DNA of 64,000 bases from Desulfobacterales bacterium (GCA_046484745.1 JAWOIJ010000046.1:74743-138742), one strand, 5' to 3'. Shown: positions 27,383-37,251, counted from the stretch's first letter. Notes: generated by a model not told the origin, from the letters alone. Numbers and translations are program-made.

Positions 27383-28389
27383 AAAACAATAAAATACGAT
27401 ACTGGTTTTTTGTTCTTCTTATACTTATTCTGATACTGCTTTGTGTCTGTATTCTCGCCATCTGCACAGGCAGTGCGGGAATACCCGTAAAAAGTATTCC
27501 GGACATCCTGTTGTCCGGAAAGAAGACCGCGGAATACAACATACTGTTGGGTATACGCCTGCCAAGGATTTTGCTCGGTATCGCCATCGGAGGTGCGTTG
27601 AGCCTTGCCGGTACCCTGCTTCAGGGCATGTTTCGAAATCCTCTGGTGGAGCCGTATACGCTTGGCATATCCGGCGGAGCCTCTCTGGGGGTATGCCTGA
27701 ATATCATTTTGAAATGGTATGCAGTTCTTGGCGTAATCGCATACCCGCTTTCCGGCTTTCTCGGAGCGATGATCGTGATCGCGCTGGTATACACCCTGAG
27801 CATGAGGACTGGAACCCTGAAAACGAACAGCATGCTGCTGATCGGTGTTATGATCAGCTTTGTTTCTTCATCCCTGGTTATGCTTTTGATGGCGATCTCC
27901 CACAGCGAAGATCTGCAAAGCATTGTTTTCTGGATCATGGGGTCTCTTGACGAACCGAATATGACGCTGATTAAAATCGCCGTGGCCGGTTCCTTTGCCG
28001 GATTAATTTTTTCCTATTTTTTCTGTCTGGATTTAAATGCCCTTGCGCTGGGCGAAGAAGAGGCGATGCATCTGGGTGTGAATATTGACAGGACAAAACG
28101 AATTCTTTTTGTGATTGCCTCGGTTCTAACCGGCTTGAGCGTATCGGTAGCCGGTATTATCATGTTTGTGGGCCTTATCGTTCCTCATTTTATGCGGTTC
28201 ACAGTCGGATCGGATCACCGCATCCTGTTAATCGGGTCATTTCTGGCAGGCGCATCCTTTTTAACCCTTTGTGATGTTCTTGCCCGAACCGTGATATCCC
28301 CCCTTGAACTTCCCGTAGGCGTTATCACCGGCATTATCGGTGGTGTCGTATTTATTTATGTTCTGAGTCGAAAAAGGGTTGCACTATGA
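27379..28389 (+). CDS. btuC: FecCD-family ABC permease (BtuC-like)
   Basis: About 9-10 TM helices with motifs LRLPRILLGIAIGGALSLAGTLLQGMFRNPLVEPYTLGISGGASLG and PVGVITGIIGGVVFIYVL. It overlaps neighbouring genes by 4 nt on both sides. Confidence 0.88.
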   Translation: MKNNKIRYWFFVLLILILILLCVCILAICTGSAGIPVKSIPDILLSGKKTAEYNILLGIRLPRILLGIAIGGALSLAGTLLQGMFRNPLVEPYTLGISGGASLGVCLNIILKWYAVLGVIAYPLSGFLGAMIVIALVYTLSMRTGTLKTNSMLLIGVMISFVSSSLVMLLMAISHSEDLQSIVFWIMGSLDEPNMTLIKIAVAGSFAGLIFSYFFCLDLNALALGEEEAMHLGVNIDRTKRILFVIASVLTGLSVSVAGIIMFVGLIVPHFMRFTVGSDHRILLIGSFLAGASFLTLCDVLARTVISPLELPVGVITGIIGGVVFIYVLSRKRVAL

Positions 28390-29180
28390 AAGAGACGATT
28401 CTCCGGATCAATAACCTTTTTTGCGGTTATGATGGAAAGATCATTCTTCGGGATATCGGTTTTGAGGCACTTAAAGGAGAAATCATCAGCATTATCGGGC
28501 CGAATGGTTCCGGAAAGACAACACTGCTTCGGGCAATATCGAACATTATCAAACCGGAAAAGGGAGAAATTATTCTTCAGGAGGAAAACCTTGCCAGGAT
28601 CTCCCACAAAGCGCTTGCCGGAAAGATCGCTTTTGTCGCGCAGGCGGTTGAATCCGCTGTTATGAGCGTCGAAGAATATGTTCTTCTCGGAAGACTTCCT
28701 TACTTTCGGAAATATCAGTTTTTTGAAACCAAAAACGATATGGCCCTGGCACGGAAATATATGGAGCTGACCGATACATTCAAATTGAAAGACTCCCTGA
28801 TGAGCGCGATCAGCGGGGGGGAGCGGCAACTGGCCTCCATCGCCCGTGCGCTGGTACAGGAACCGAACCTTCTGTTGCTGGATGAACCGACATCTCATCT
28901 CGATATTACGCATCAGGTGCAGATTCTGGAACTGATCAAACGGTTGAATCGGGAATTGGGGCTGACCGTGCTCATGGTGCTTCATGATTTGAACCTGGCA
29001 AGCGAATATTCGGACAGGCTGGTTCTTCTCAACGGCAGCGGCGGCAGTATATACAAAAAAGGAGTTCCGGAAGAGGTTATTACCAGGGTTTCCATTGAAG
29101 CGGTTTATCAGACCGAGGTTCTGATCAAGAAAAACCCCCTGTCGGGGAAACCGTATGTGATGCTTGTCAGCACACCATGA
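28386..29180 (+). CDS. btuD: ABC transporter ATP-binding protein (BtuD/FecE-like)
   Basis: Walker A GPNGSGKTTLL, the ABC signature ISGGERQ and Walker B LLLLDEPTSHLD. Confidence 0.9.
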   Translation: MKETILRINNLFCGYDGKIILRDIGFEALKGEIISIIGPNGSGKTTLLRAISNIIKPEKGEIILQEENLARISHKALAGKIAFVAQAVESAVMSVEEYVLLGRLPYFRKYQFFETKNDMALARKYMELTDTFKLKDSLMSAISGGERQLASIARALVQEPNLLLLDEPTSHLDITHQVQILELIKRLNRELGLTVLMVLHDLNLASEYSDRLVLLNGSGGSIYKKGVPEEVITRVSIEAVYQTEVLIKKNPLSGKPYVMLVSTP

Positions 29181-29340
29181 TGGGATCAACTTCTGTTTTG
29201 CGGTTAGCGCTGACGGTTGCACCTATCGGCTTGGAAAACCGCACTGCGTATCATCCCTTGCCAGTAGCGATCGAACGGTATCGGGATTTGCGCGCCTTGA
29301 ATTTTTTATTTTACCATCTACAGAATGAAGGAGTACGATT

Positions 29341-29970
29341 ATGATGGAATTTTTTGAAAGCGGAGGGCCGGTCATGATTCCGCTTCTATTCTGCTCGATC
29401 ATCGCATTGGCCGTTACCATTGAACGGATCCTTTTCTGGCTGACGGTTCAATTCCGTTATGACCAGAATCTCGTGGATGAGGTTCTGGAATCGTGCCGCA
29501 GGGGAGACTGGATGCAGGTCAGAGACAAAGCAGCCGGATCAAAAAATTATATTATCCGAATACTCATCAGCGGCATTCTTCACCGGGATTATTCTCTGGT
29601 CAAGGCAATGGAATCTGCCGCCGCGGAAGAAATCCGCAAGATGCGTCGTTTTATGGGGGTACTGGATACCATGATTACCGTGGCCCCGCTCCTGGGAATT
29701 TTCGGTACGGTTGTTGGAATCATTTCGTCCTTTGACATGCTCGGAGCTGGAATCGAGCATCCGGAAGCGGTTACCGGAGGAATTGCCCAGGCGCTTATCA
29801 CCACTGCGGCCGGGCTTGGGATCGCGATTTTTACGGTTTTCCCGTATAACTATTTTACTGCACGGGTTGAGCGGGCGGCGCTGGCGATTGAAAAATACGC
29901 GACCAGCCTTGAAATCGTTTATGAAAAAAATATTACGGCTCAGAATCAAATTCAGGGGGGATCGGCATGA
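29341..29970 (+). CDS. exbB: MotA/TolQ/ExbB proton-channel protein
   Basis: GAAGGAG SD and three TM segments. The conserved C-terminal region is TVAPLLGIFGTVVGIISSF...ALITTAAGLGIAI. Confidence 0.85.
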   Translation: MMEFFESGGPVMIPLLFCSIIALAVTIERILFWLTVQFRYDQNLVDEVLESCRRGDWMQVRDKAAGSKNYIIRILISGILHRDYSLVKAMESAAAEEIRKMRRFMGVLDTMITVAPLLGIFGTVVGIISSFDMLGAGIEHPEAVTGGIAQALITTAAGLGIAIFTVFPYNYFTARVERAALAIEKYATSLEIVYEKNITAQNQIQGGSA

Positions 29971-30377
29971 AGCTCTGTCTGGAAACAAAGCGAAAGGCCC
30001 GGATTGAAATGCTTCCCCTGATCGACATTGTTTTTCTGCTGCTTGTATTTTTTATCTACGCCATGCTTTCCATGGCCGTTCATCATGGTCTTCCCATCGA
30101 TCTTCCGATATCCTCTTCCGCGGAGATTGATAAAAAACTTGTGCTATCGATAACGGTAAAGGCGGACGGCAGTGTTTATCTCGATAAAAACCCTGTTGCT
30201 CTTTCCGATTTGACGCGAAGACTGAAAACCGAAGCAGAAGGACATCAGGAACCCGGGGTTCTTCTTTTTGCGGATCGGGATCTGTCATATCAGAAACTTT
30301 TCCAGGTTCTGGACAAGATTAAACTGGCCGGCCTCGAGAAGATCTCCCTTCAGGCGGAGAAAATGAAGAATCAATGA
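29967..30377 (+). CDS. exbD: ExbD/TolR biopolymer transport protein
   Basis: Shows EMLPLIDIVFLLLVFFI with the conserved TM Asp, and a periplasmic domain (VLLFADRDLSYQKLFQVLDKIKLAG). It overlaps exbB by 4 nt. Confidence 0.85.
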   Translation: MKLCLETKRKARIEMLPLIDIVFLLLVFFIYAMLSMAVHHGLPIDLPISSSAEIDKKLVLSITVKADGSVYLDKNPVALSDLTRRLKTEAEGHQEPGVLLFADRDLSYQKLFQVLDKIKLAGLEKISLQAEKMKNQ

Positions 30378-31036
30378 AAACGAGATTTCTGTTGGCCGCA
30401 GCGCTTTCACTTGGTATCCACTGGCTGTTTTTCGGTCTGAATTGGAGTTTTTTGAAAGACCGGAGAGTCACGATACCGAAAACCCGAAACGTGACCATCA
30501 CCATGTCCTATAAAGAACCGGAACTGCCTGCCGGGCAACCCCGAAAAACAAAAAAGAAGACCGGAAAAACTCAAATAAAATCTGCGAAGGAAATCAGAAA
30601 AAAAGAGATCAGGAGCCCTTTGGAACCGGAGAAAGCCGAAGTCGCGCCTGTTCCCCTGGAATCGGAAGCCAAAGACGCGAAAGATTCGAAAAAAGAATTA
30701 TCGGACGACACGATACCTGAAATCACAAACAAGGCCGATCGTGTTTCAGCGGCAGCGGTTATCAAAGAGGCAAGCCCGCTGTATCGAAAAAATCCGCCGC
30801 CGGTTTATCCCAGGGTGGCCCGAAGAAGAGGCCACCAGGGTACGGTTTCCCTTGAAGTCCTGGTTGATCGGAACGGCAGTGTCAAGGACCTCAGGGTGCT
30901 TCAATCCAGCGGATATGAGGCTCTGGATGATGCCGCCCTGGCTTCGGTTAAAAACTGGATTTTTGAACCGGGCACGAGTGGGAACCAGAGCGTTGAGATG
31001 TGGGTCAAACTGCCGGTCCGATTTCAGTTAAAATAG
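30374..31036 (+). CDS. tonB: TonB-family energy transducer
   Basis: N-terminal TM anchor, a Pro/Lys/Glu-rich spacer, and a C-terminal TonB domain (PPVYPRVARRRGHQGTVSLEVLVDRNGSVKDLRVLQSSGYEALDDAALASVKNWIFEP). Confidence 0.88.
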   Translation: MKTRFLLAAALSLGIHWLFFGLNWSFLKDRRVTIPKTRNVTITMSYKEPELPAGQPRKTKKKTGKTQIKSAKEIRKKEIRSPLEPEKAEVAPVPLESEAKDAKDSKKELSDDTIPEITNKADRVSAAAVIKEASPLYRKNPPPVYPRVARRRGHQGTVSLEVLVDRNGSVKDLRVLQSSGYEALDDAALASVKNWIFEPGTSGNQSVEMWVKLPVRFQLK

Positions 31037-31041
31037 GATCA

Positions 31042-31935
31042 TTATTGTTTGTCGTTGTCATACGCCTCTTTACTCTGTTCCTGCTGTTTGTCGCGCTGAT
31101 ATCCGCAGGCGAGCGAAATATCCGCAAGGAGCATCCGGGCATGTTCCTTGTCTATTTTATCAAAGACCCTGGTTTCAGGCAGTGACTGCAAATCGACGAG
31201 AATTTTTTTCGCCTCTTCGATTTCTTCGGGCTGATTGTATTTCTGACCATGACATAAGAGGCTTACAGCCAGTTCCTTATTATTGTCGATTGCATTCGGG
31301 TCACACGCAATCGCACTCCTTTGGTACGTGATGGATTTTTTCAAGTCTCCGCAGGTGCCTACAATTTGCTTCAACGGGAAATGGCAGAGCCATTCCGGAA
31401 CAACACGGTAGAACATACCCAGGGCATAAGAAACGCCGCATTTTGCGTTTGAAGTGCCGTCCTCCGAACGGTAGGTAAGACCCAGAGAATCCGCCTTGAC
31501 CCATGCGTCCTCCACGTCGGAAGCCATAAAGAGCGATTTGAGAACGCCCTGTGTGGTTCCCCTGCGTCCAATACCGACACCTTTCCACAGCCAGCAATGT
31601 CCGTCTTTCTGATCAAGTTCCGTGCATTTGTCTGCAAAGGTTTCGACTTCCATGTACAGCCTGATCAGTTCTTTTTTTTCCGGTTTTTGGTTCCGGTCAA
31701 AACTCTCCAGTCTTTCATAAATGTTGCGCCCTTTCCGCCAGTAAGGCTCCGCCAGTTTGGGACAGGTCTTCATGGCTTCGTCCAGTCGCTTATCCGATTC
31801 GTCAAACTGGTTATCCGCCCATAGTTTTTCCGACTCGGCTATCAGCTCATTGCATGATTTTTCATCTGCCATTGCAATCGAAACCGTAAAAAGCAACCCA
31901 ATTGAAAGCCACAACCGTATCAGTCTAATCTTCAT
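31042..31935 (-). CDS. Secreted Cys-rich helical-repeat (TPR/Sel1-like) protein, function unknown
   Basis: GGGAGA SD 6 nt before ATG 31935 (the listed ORF extends to 31995). Signal peptide MKIRLIRLWLSIGLLFTVSIAMA and 10 Cys in the mature part. It converges on tonB with a 5-nt gap. Confidence 0.6.
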   Translation of the reverse strand: MKIRLIRLWLSIGLLFTVSIAMADEKSCNELIAESEKLWADNQFDESDKRLDEAMKTCPKLAEPYWRKGRNIYERLESFDRNQKPEKKELIRLYMEVETFADKCTELDQKDGHCWLWKGVGIGRRGTTQGVLKSLFMASDVEDAWVKADSLGLTYRSEDGTSNAKCGVSYALGMFYRVVPEWLCHFPLKQIVGTCGDLKKSITYQRSAIACDPNAIDNNKELAVSLLCHGQKYNQPEEIEEAKKILVDLQSLPETRVFDKIDKEHARMLLADISLACGYQRDKQQEQSKEAYDNDKQ

Positions 31936-32143
31936 CCGAAATCTCCCTTTTTTCATTTGAAAGCCAAGCCCCGAAACGTACCGTACATGAAACACATTTT
32001 CTCGACCTCATCCTAAGAATCCATCGGCGATTTTAGAACCGGTTCTATACTTTTTGAACCCATACCAATTGCCGGATGGATCAAATTTTCGGCATGAAGC
32101 TGCAAGGTGTTCTTTCCCGATTATGCCGAATTTCCGATGGTTC

Positions 32144-33142
32144 TCATTCAATTTTTTTCAGCGAATCCCGTAATGCTGTTTCTGCTTCTTTCACCATTCT
32201 TTCGATCAGTTCCGATACCGACGGAACATCCGTAATCCGTCCGACAGACTGACCGATTGTGAGCATGGCGTCTTCCGAATTTCCATCTTTCCATACCTGT
32301 TTTGCCCGTTCTCCGGAAATCAGGGGCAGCAATTCAGACAGATCTCCGCCTCGCTGTTCCACTTCTTCGATTTTTCGGATAATACGGTTCCGGAGCGCGC
32401 GAACCTGCAGACCAAAATTTCCTAGCAGACTCTGAAGGTTCAGGGAAGTATCATTTTCATTTTTATCGATCAGGGTTTGATAAATATTGGGGTGTACATC
32501 GCTTTCTCTGGTCGCAAGGAATCGTGTCGCCATCATGATGCCATCAGCGCCAAGTGCGAGCGCCGCCGCCAGGCTTTTTCCGTCGACCATGCCCCCTGCC
32601 GCCAGGACAGGAAGATCCACCGCTTCTACCACTTTTGGAACTAAAATCATCGTGGAAACATTGTCTTTGTGTGGAAACCCTCCCTCTTCGAACCCGGCAA
32701 TCGTAACGGCATCGTAGCCAGCTTTTTGAGCGTGGACAGCATGCTTCACCGTGCCTACCTTATGAAGTACTTTTACATTGGCATCTTTGGCCATGGGGAT
32801 AAATTCAGGGCCAAGAAATTTATCCACCGGAGACCCCGCGATTTCCATTGCGGTCACTTTTTTTTCACAGCAGATCCGAAAGAAATCCTGAAGAAGTTCA
32901 ATCGGAAGACGGATCGATGGCATGGTGGTAATATTCACGATAAACGGCTTATCCGTCAATTCACGAGTTCTGTCGATCGCTGCCCGAAGTTCATCTCCGG
33001 AGTTGTAGTTCCCGGAAGTAAGATTTCCCATCGCACCTGTGTTGCTGATGGCTGCCGCCAGTTCAGGCGTTGCCAGCCATAACATCCCGCCGCATTGAAT
33101 GGGGTACTGGATTCCGAAAAGTTCTGTAACGCGTGTTTTCAA
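32144..33142 (-). CDS. NAD(P)H-dependent flavin oxidoreductase of the nitronate monooxygenase / FabK (enoyl-ACP reductase II) family
   Basis: N-terminal FGIQYPIQCGGM, LAAGGMVDGKSLAAALALGADGIMMATRF and a TIM-barrel FMN pattern. Confidence 0.8.
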   Translation of the reverse strand: MKTRVTELFGIQYPIQCGGMLWLATPELAAAISNTGAMGNLTSGNYNSGDELRAAIDRTRELTDKPFIVNITTMPSIRLPIELLQDFFRICCEKKVTAMEIAGSPVDKFLGPEFIPMAKDANVKVLHKVGTVKHAVHAQKAGYDAVTIAGFEEGGFPHKDNVSTMILVPKVVEAVDLPVLAAGGMVDGKSLAAALALGADGIMMATRFLATRESDVHPNIYQTLIDKNENDTSLNLQSLLGNFGLQVRALRNRIIRKIEEVEQRGGDLSELLPLISGERAKQVWKDGNSEDAMLTIGQSVGRITDVPSVSELIERMVKEAETALRDSLKKIE

Positions 33143-33489
33143 AGGCAGTGCTCCTTGTTTCTGTTTTAAGGCGGTTTCAGTAAGATTATCCGTCCTTAAC
33201 CCATGTTTTGTGAGAATGCAAATTATATTGTCCGGGAATGATATCGGCCTTTAAAATCAGCCTGGAAAAACATGGAACGGCTTTGTCGGATCGGACGCCG
33301 AAATGATTTTCACTTCCGGGTAAATAATCGATAAGGTGTCCGGAGGAAAATATTTTATTTTTTTGCTTTGTCTTTATGCCGTTCATCGGTATAATGATCT
33401 GAGAATTCGAGTGTTGCCTGCGGATGAGAAAGGCTGAATCCGCGAACGATTGAAGATCAGATCAAAATGGTTTAGCGGTATCCGATACA

Positions 33490-34875
33490 ATGAAAAATCC
33501 TAAAAAAATCGAAAATTCACAAGGTGTTACAGATATTATTCTTGAGAGCATTTCGGATGGCGTGTTCACGGTTGACCACAACTGGAAAATCATGTCCTTT
33601 AATCGGGCTGCTGAGGAAATAACCGGTATTTCCCGGGTTGAGGCGATTGGGAGGTACTGCTGGGAGGTGTTCCGTTCCAATATGTGCGAAGGGGACTGTG
33701 CTCTCCGGAATACGATGAAAGAAAGCAAGCCTTTTGTCAATACCTCCACGTATATTGTGGCGGCTGATAAAAGACGCATTCCGATTGCCGTATCCACCTC
33801 CCTGCTTTGCGATGAAAAAGGAGAGGTGCTTGGCGGCGTGGAGGTTTTTCGGGACCTCAGTGTTGTAGAAGAGCTTCGAAAGGAGCTGGATTCCCGTTTC
33901 GAACTCGGCGATATGGTCAGCCGAAGTCCGATTATGCAGAAGATATTCAACATTCTTCCGCAGATCGCTGAAAGCGACAGTACGATTCTGATTCAGGGCG
34001 AGACCGGTACGGGCAAAGAACTTCTGGCCAGAGCGATTCATGACCTAAGCCACCGTAAAAATAATAAATTTTTTGCAATCAACTGTGGAGCTCTCCCGGA
34101 TACGCTTCTGGAATCAGAACTTTTTGGATATAAGGCCGGGGCCTTCACCAATGCGGTAAAGGATAAACAGGGGATGTTGGGTGCCGCTGAAGGCGGCACA
34201 ATCCTTCTTGATGAAATCGGTGATATCAGCCCTGCGTTTCAGGTGAGACTGTTACGCGTTCTTGAAGAACGAGAATATCAACCTCTTGGCAGCGTAAAAA
34301 CGGTTAAAGCGGACATCCGTATTGTGGCATCGACCAATAAAGATCTCGCCGCCATGGTGAAGAACGGCACCTTCCGCAAGGATCTGTATTATCGCGTGAA
34401 CGTGGTGCGGCTTGAGCTTCCGCCGCTTCGCGAACGAAGGGAGGATATCCCCCTGCTGTCTGAAAGGTTTATTAAACGGATGAATACTCTCCGGGGTAGA
34501 TCGGTAACCGGATTGCATCCGAAAACCTTGGGAATCCTTATGTCCCATGATTATCCAGGGAATATTCGTGAACTGGAAAATATCATCGAACATGCCTTTG
34601 TACTCTGTCCCAACGGAATCATCGAACCGGCCCATTTGCCCGGAAACCTGCTGTCAGAACCACTCCCTTCGGAGCATAATAAAGATCTGAGCGATGTCAT
34701 GAAATCAGCCGAGGCCCGTGTAATTTTAGAAGCGTTGAAACGAAACAATTTTAACCGGCTGGCCGCGTCCCGGGATCTTGGCCTGCATAAGAGCACCCTG
34801 TTTAGAAAAATCAAGAGCCTCAATCTTGTGCTGCCTGAGATTGACGGACGCTCTGAATCCAAGAAATCTACGTAG
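33490..34875 (+). CDS. Sigma-54-dependent transcriptional regulator with an N-terminal PAS sensor domain
   Basis: PAS region (ILESISDGVFTVDHNWKIMSFNRAAEEITG) with Cys-rich CWEVFRSNMCEGDCALR. Also has AAA+ GETGTGKE, GAFTNA and a Fis-type HTH (NFNRLAASRDLGLHKSTLFRKI). Confidence 0.88.
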   Translation: MKNPKKIENSQGVTDIILESISDGVFTVDHNWKIMSFNRAAEEITGISRVEAIGRYCWEVFRSNMCEGDCALRNTMKESKPFVNTSTYIVAADKRRIPIAVSTSLLCDEKGEVLGGVEVFRDLSVVEELRKELDSRFELGDMVSRSPIMQKIFNILPQIAESDSTILIQGETGTGKELLARAIHDLSHRKNNKFFAINCGALPDTLLESELFGYKAGAFTNAVKDKQGMLGAAEGGTILLDEIGDISPAFQVRLLRVLEEREYQPLGSVKTVKADIRIVASTNKDLAAMVKNGTFRKDLYYRVNVVRLELPPLRERREDIPLLSERFIKRMNTLRGRSVTGLHPKTLGILMSHDYPGNIRELENIIEHAFVLCPNGIIEPAHLPGNLLSEPLPSEHNKDLSDVMKSAEARVILEALKRNNFNRLAASRDLGLHKSTLFRKIKSLNLVLPEIDGRSESKKST

Positions 34876-36019
34876 CTTTGGAACGATGATGACGCAGCAC
34901 GTTATCCAGATAGTCCGCAACCCTGTCGGCTTCATTCAGCATGTTTTTTTCAGGAGGCGTAAGGCTGAGAAGCGCTTCGACTTTTGAAATCCACCCGCCG
35001 TTTTGAAATTCCGGGCTTTCAACGAGCAAGCCGGTCATTTCCCTTTGAATGAAAGCTTCCAGTTTATGTGTTTCGCGAAAAGCGGGCCTGGACACATAGC
35101 CGAACGGAACATTTGCATGATAAACCTCCGCGATGGTACTATATCCGGCTTTTCCGACAACAGCATCGGAAGCATTGACCAGATCCGGATGAAAAAAATC
35201 GGACTGGTGGGGCAGCAGGATAACGTTTTTGTCTCTCCGGAAGGTTTCTCCGCCTCCGGGGATCACAAAACAGATGTCTTGCAACTGCTTCAGTTTGTTA
35301 AGGAACTTGAGCTGTTCTTTAATACCTCCGGTAGTGATGAGAACCATCTTTGAATCCGGAGGGAGGTTGAGTTGTTTTCTGATGTGGTACCGGGGGGTTT
35401 TAAATTTTCGGCTGATGGGCATTACCGTCAGATCGACAGGCCCGCGGGCGCAGACCGGTTCAGTCTGAATATGAAAATCCGCTGTGTTGAACACCGCACG
35501 CAGATAGCGGATATGCTCAGTCAATCCGGGGTGCGTTTCATTATATTCTTCATAAATCCAGTCCCATGTAAAGTTTTCAATCAAAACGGACGGAATCCCG
35601 GCCTGTCTGGCGATGGCGATGCCAAGAGGTGCAATATCACAGATGACAAGAGCGCATCGGGCCGCTGTCAATTTGTCTGCGAATTCCGTTGTAATCTCCG
35701 GATGAAATGGAAGGAAACGGTCCAGGTGACGAATTGTCTCCTCAAGATCCGCATGAAAGGGTGTTTCCTGAACAAGACCGATGTCGGTTAACTGGGAGAA
35801 ATAATCGAATGGTTCTGACAGGGAATCCTGAAAAAACCATCGGGGGATTGTCGTAAAAATGTTGAAATGGATCCAATTGTTTTTCGATTTCCAGGCCTCC
35901 ATGACAGCAGATGCCCGTGCAGCATGACCAAAACCATGAGGGGAAATAAAGACTGCAATCTGGTCCGGTCTGATATTTTTTTTCATCCTTTTCGTCATTG
36001 GCTTCGGGTAGCGTTGCAA
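34868..36019 (-). CDS. GT-B fold glycosyltransferase (MurG/UDP-glycosyltransferase-like)
   Basis: N-terminal HGFGHAARASAV and C-terminal LVNASDAVVGKAGYSTIAEV, typical of GT1/GT28 enzymes. The probable start is ATG 35986 (MKKNIRPDQ). The 3' end overlaps the convergent regulator gene by 8 nt. Confidence 0.6.
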   Translation of the reverse strand: MQRYPKPMTKRMKKNIRPDQIAVFISPHGFGHAARASAVMEAWKSKNNWIHFNIFTTIPRWFFQDSLSEPFDYFSQLTDIGLVQETPFHADLEETIRHLDRFLPFHPEITTEFADKLTAARCALVICDIAPLGIAIARQAGIPSVLIENFTWDWIYEEYNETHPGLTEHIRYLRAVFNTADFHIQTEPVCARGPVDLTVMPISRKFKTPRYHIRKQLNLPPDSKMVLITTGGIKEQLKFLNKLKQLQDICFVIPGGGETFRRDKNVILLPHQSDFFHPDLVNASDAVVGKAGYSTIAEVYHANVPFGYVSRPAFRETHKLEAFIQREMTGLLVESPEFQNGGWISKVEALLSLTPPEKNMLNEADRVADYLDNVLRHHRSKAT

Positions 36020-36042
36020 CAGGAGAAAGTATCGGCGGCAGA

Positions 36043-36264
36043 TCAGGGAATAAAGAAGCGATATACCGGATAGGAAAGAATAAGAGCAATAATGAGCAGA
36101 ATCCAGAAGAGAGGTCTATAATTTTTTTCAGATGGTTTTTTATCTTTTTCCCGAATTGACTTAAGCTTCATGTCATTTTCTTTGATGGTTTTCCGGATAT
36201 CTCGCTGTGTCCTATTTACCAGTTCCTTGGTTTCAAGGATCATTTCTTTGGTCGGCCTCATCAT
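36043..36264 (-). CDS. Small tail-anchored membrane protein, function unknown
   Basis: A 73-aa ORF with a charged helical N-terminus and a single C-terminal TM (PLFWILLIIALILSYPVYRFF), 23 nt upstream of the GT-B gene. Confidence 0.4.
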   Translation of the reverse strand: MMRPTKEMILETKELVNRTQRDIRKTIKENDMKLKSIREKDKKPSEKNYRPLFWILLIIALILSYPVYRFFIP

Positions 36265-36442
36265 ATCTCCTTTGGATTGATGCCATTTCTGTCAGGAATC
36301 AACGGTCTGGCGCATGATATTGATATCCTGTTATATTTCAAAAAGAACTGCTGAAATCAAGATCTAAAAACAGAATCACGGCAAAATCGATAAAATCTGG
36401 ATGAGAACCCGAATCTATTTGTATTGCCTTCTGAAAAGAATC

Positions 36443-36470
36443 TTGACATGGTGTTCTTTATAGTGATAAT
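36443..36470 (+). promoter_or_regulatory. Sigma-70-type promoter of the rpsF operon
   Basis: TTGACA (36443-36448), a 16-nt spacer, then GATAAT (36465-36470), about 90 nt upstream of rpsF. Confidence 0.5.
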
Positions 36471-36560
36471 TAAACAGTTTTTTTATTTGAGATTATATCT
36501 CATTGTCCTTGCTCCGACAGCTTTTTGTGCGGGGCTTTAAATCCATAAGGAGGTTTTTGC

Positions 36561-36992
36561 ATGCGAAGGTATGAAACGATTTTTATTTCAGATCCGGATC
36601 TGTTAGCGGACGACCGGGCACAGCTGTTTGAAAAAACAAAAGATCTGATTGCAAAACAGAACGGATTTCTTGTTTTGTTCGATGAGTGGGGTGTGAAGAA
36701 ACTCGCCTATGACATCAAAAAAAAAGGACGCGGGCATTATGTCCGGATCGATTTCTGCGGTGACGGAGCTCTCGTGGCTGAATTGGAACGTTCGTTCAGA
36801 ATTGACGACCGGGTAATGAAGTTCATGACCATTGTCCTGAACAAGGACGTTGATCTTGAAAAAGTGAAAGAAGAGATCGCCCGGGAGGCAGAGGCTGAAA
36901 AACGGATCGAAGCTCAAGACGATGAGCTGGATGAGTCGTCGGAACTCTCCGATTCGGATGAGATGGAAATAAAAAACGATACAGAGGAGTAG
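36561..36992 (+). CDS. rpsF: 30S ribosomal protein S6
   Basis: [14 protein letters not shown]... and [19 protein letters not shown], with an acidic C-terminal tail. Confidence 0.95.
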   Translation: MRRYETIFISDPDLLADDRAQLFEKTKDLIAKQNGFLVLFDEWGVKKLAYDIKKKGRGHYVRIDFCGDGALVAELERSFRIDDRVMKFMTIVLNKDVDLEKVKEEIAREAEAEKRIEAQDDELDESSELSDSDEMEIKNDTEE

Positions 36993-36996
36993 AACC

Positions 36997-37251
36997 ATGA
37001 CCCCGCCAAAATACAGAAAAAAAAGAAATTTTTTTCATCGCCGTAAAGTTTGCAGATTCTGCGCAGATACAAGCATTAAAATAGAATACAAGGAACCCAA
37101 GACCCTCAGATATTTTATTACCGAACGTGGAAAGATCATTCCAAGGCGTATTTCAGGAACGTGCGCAAAGCATCAAAGGGCTCTGACCGTCGCCATAAAG
37201 CAGGCAAGAACAATCGCCCTGCTTCCGTATGTCGGCACGATGGACCTTTAG
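36997..37251 (+). CDS. rpsR: 30S ribosomal protein S18
   Basis: [57 protein letters not shown]. Confidence 0.95.
   Translation: MTPPKYRKKRNFFHRRKVCRFCADTSIKIEYKEPKTLRYFITERGKIIPRRISGTCAKHQRALTVAIKQARTIALLPYVGTMDL

Noticed and set aside
28356-29222. 288-aa minus-strand ORF
   Set aside because: It is fully antisense to the ABC ATPase gene, which has canonical Walker and signature motifs. Long shadow ORFs opposite ABC ATPases are common.
33154-33168. GGCAGTGCTCCTTGT as a sigma-54 promoter in the NMO/regulator intergenic region
   Set aside because: The -12 element reads TTGT rather than TTGC. It also points toward the regulator gene about 320 nt away, not toward the divergent NMO gene.
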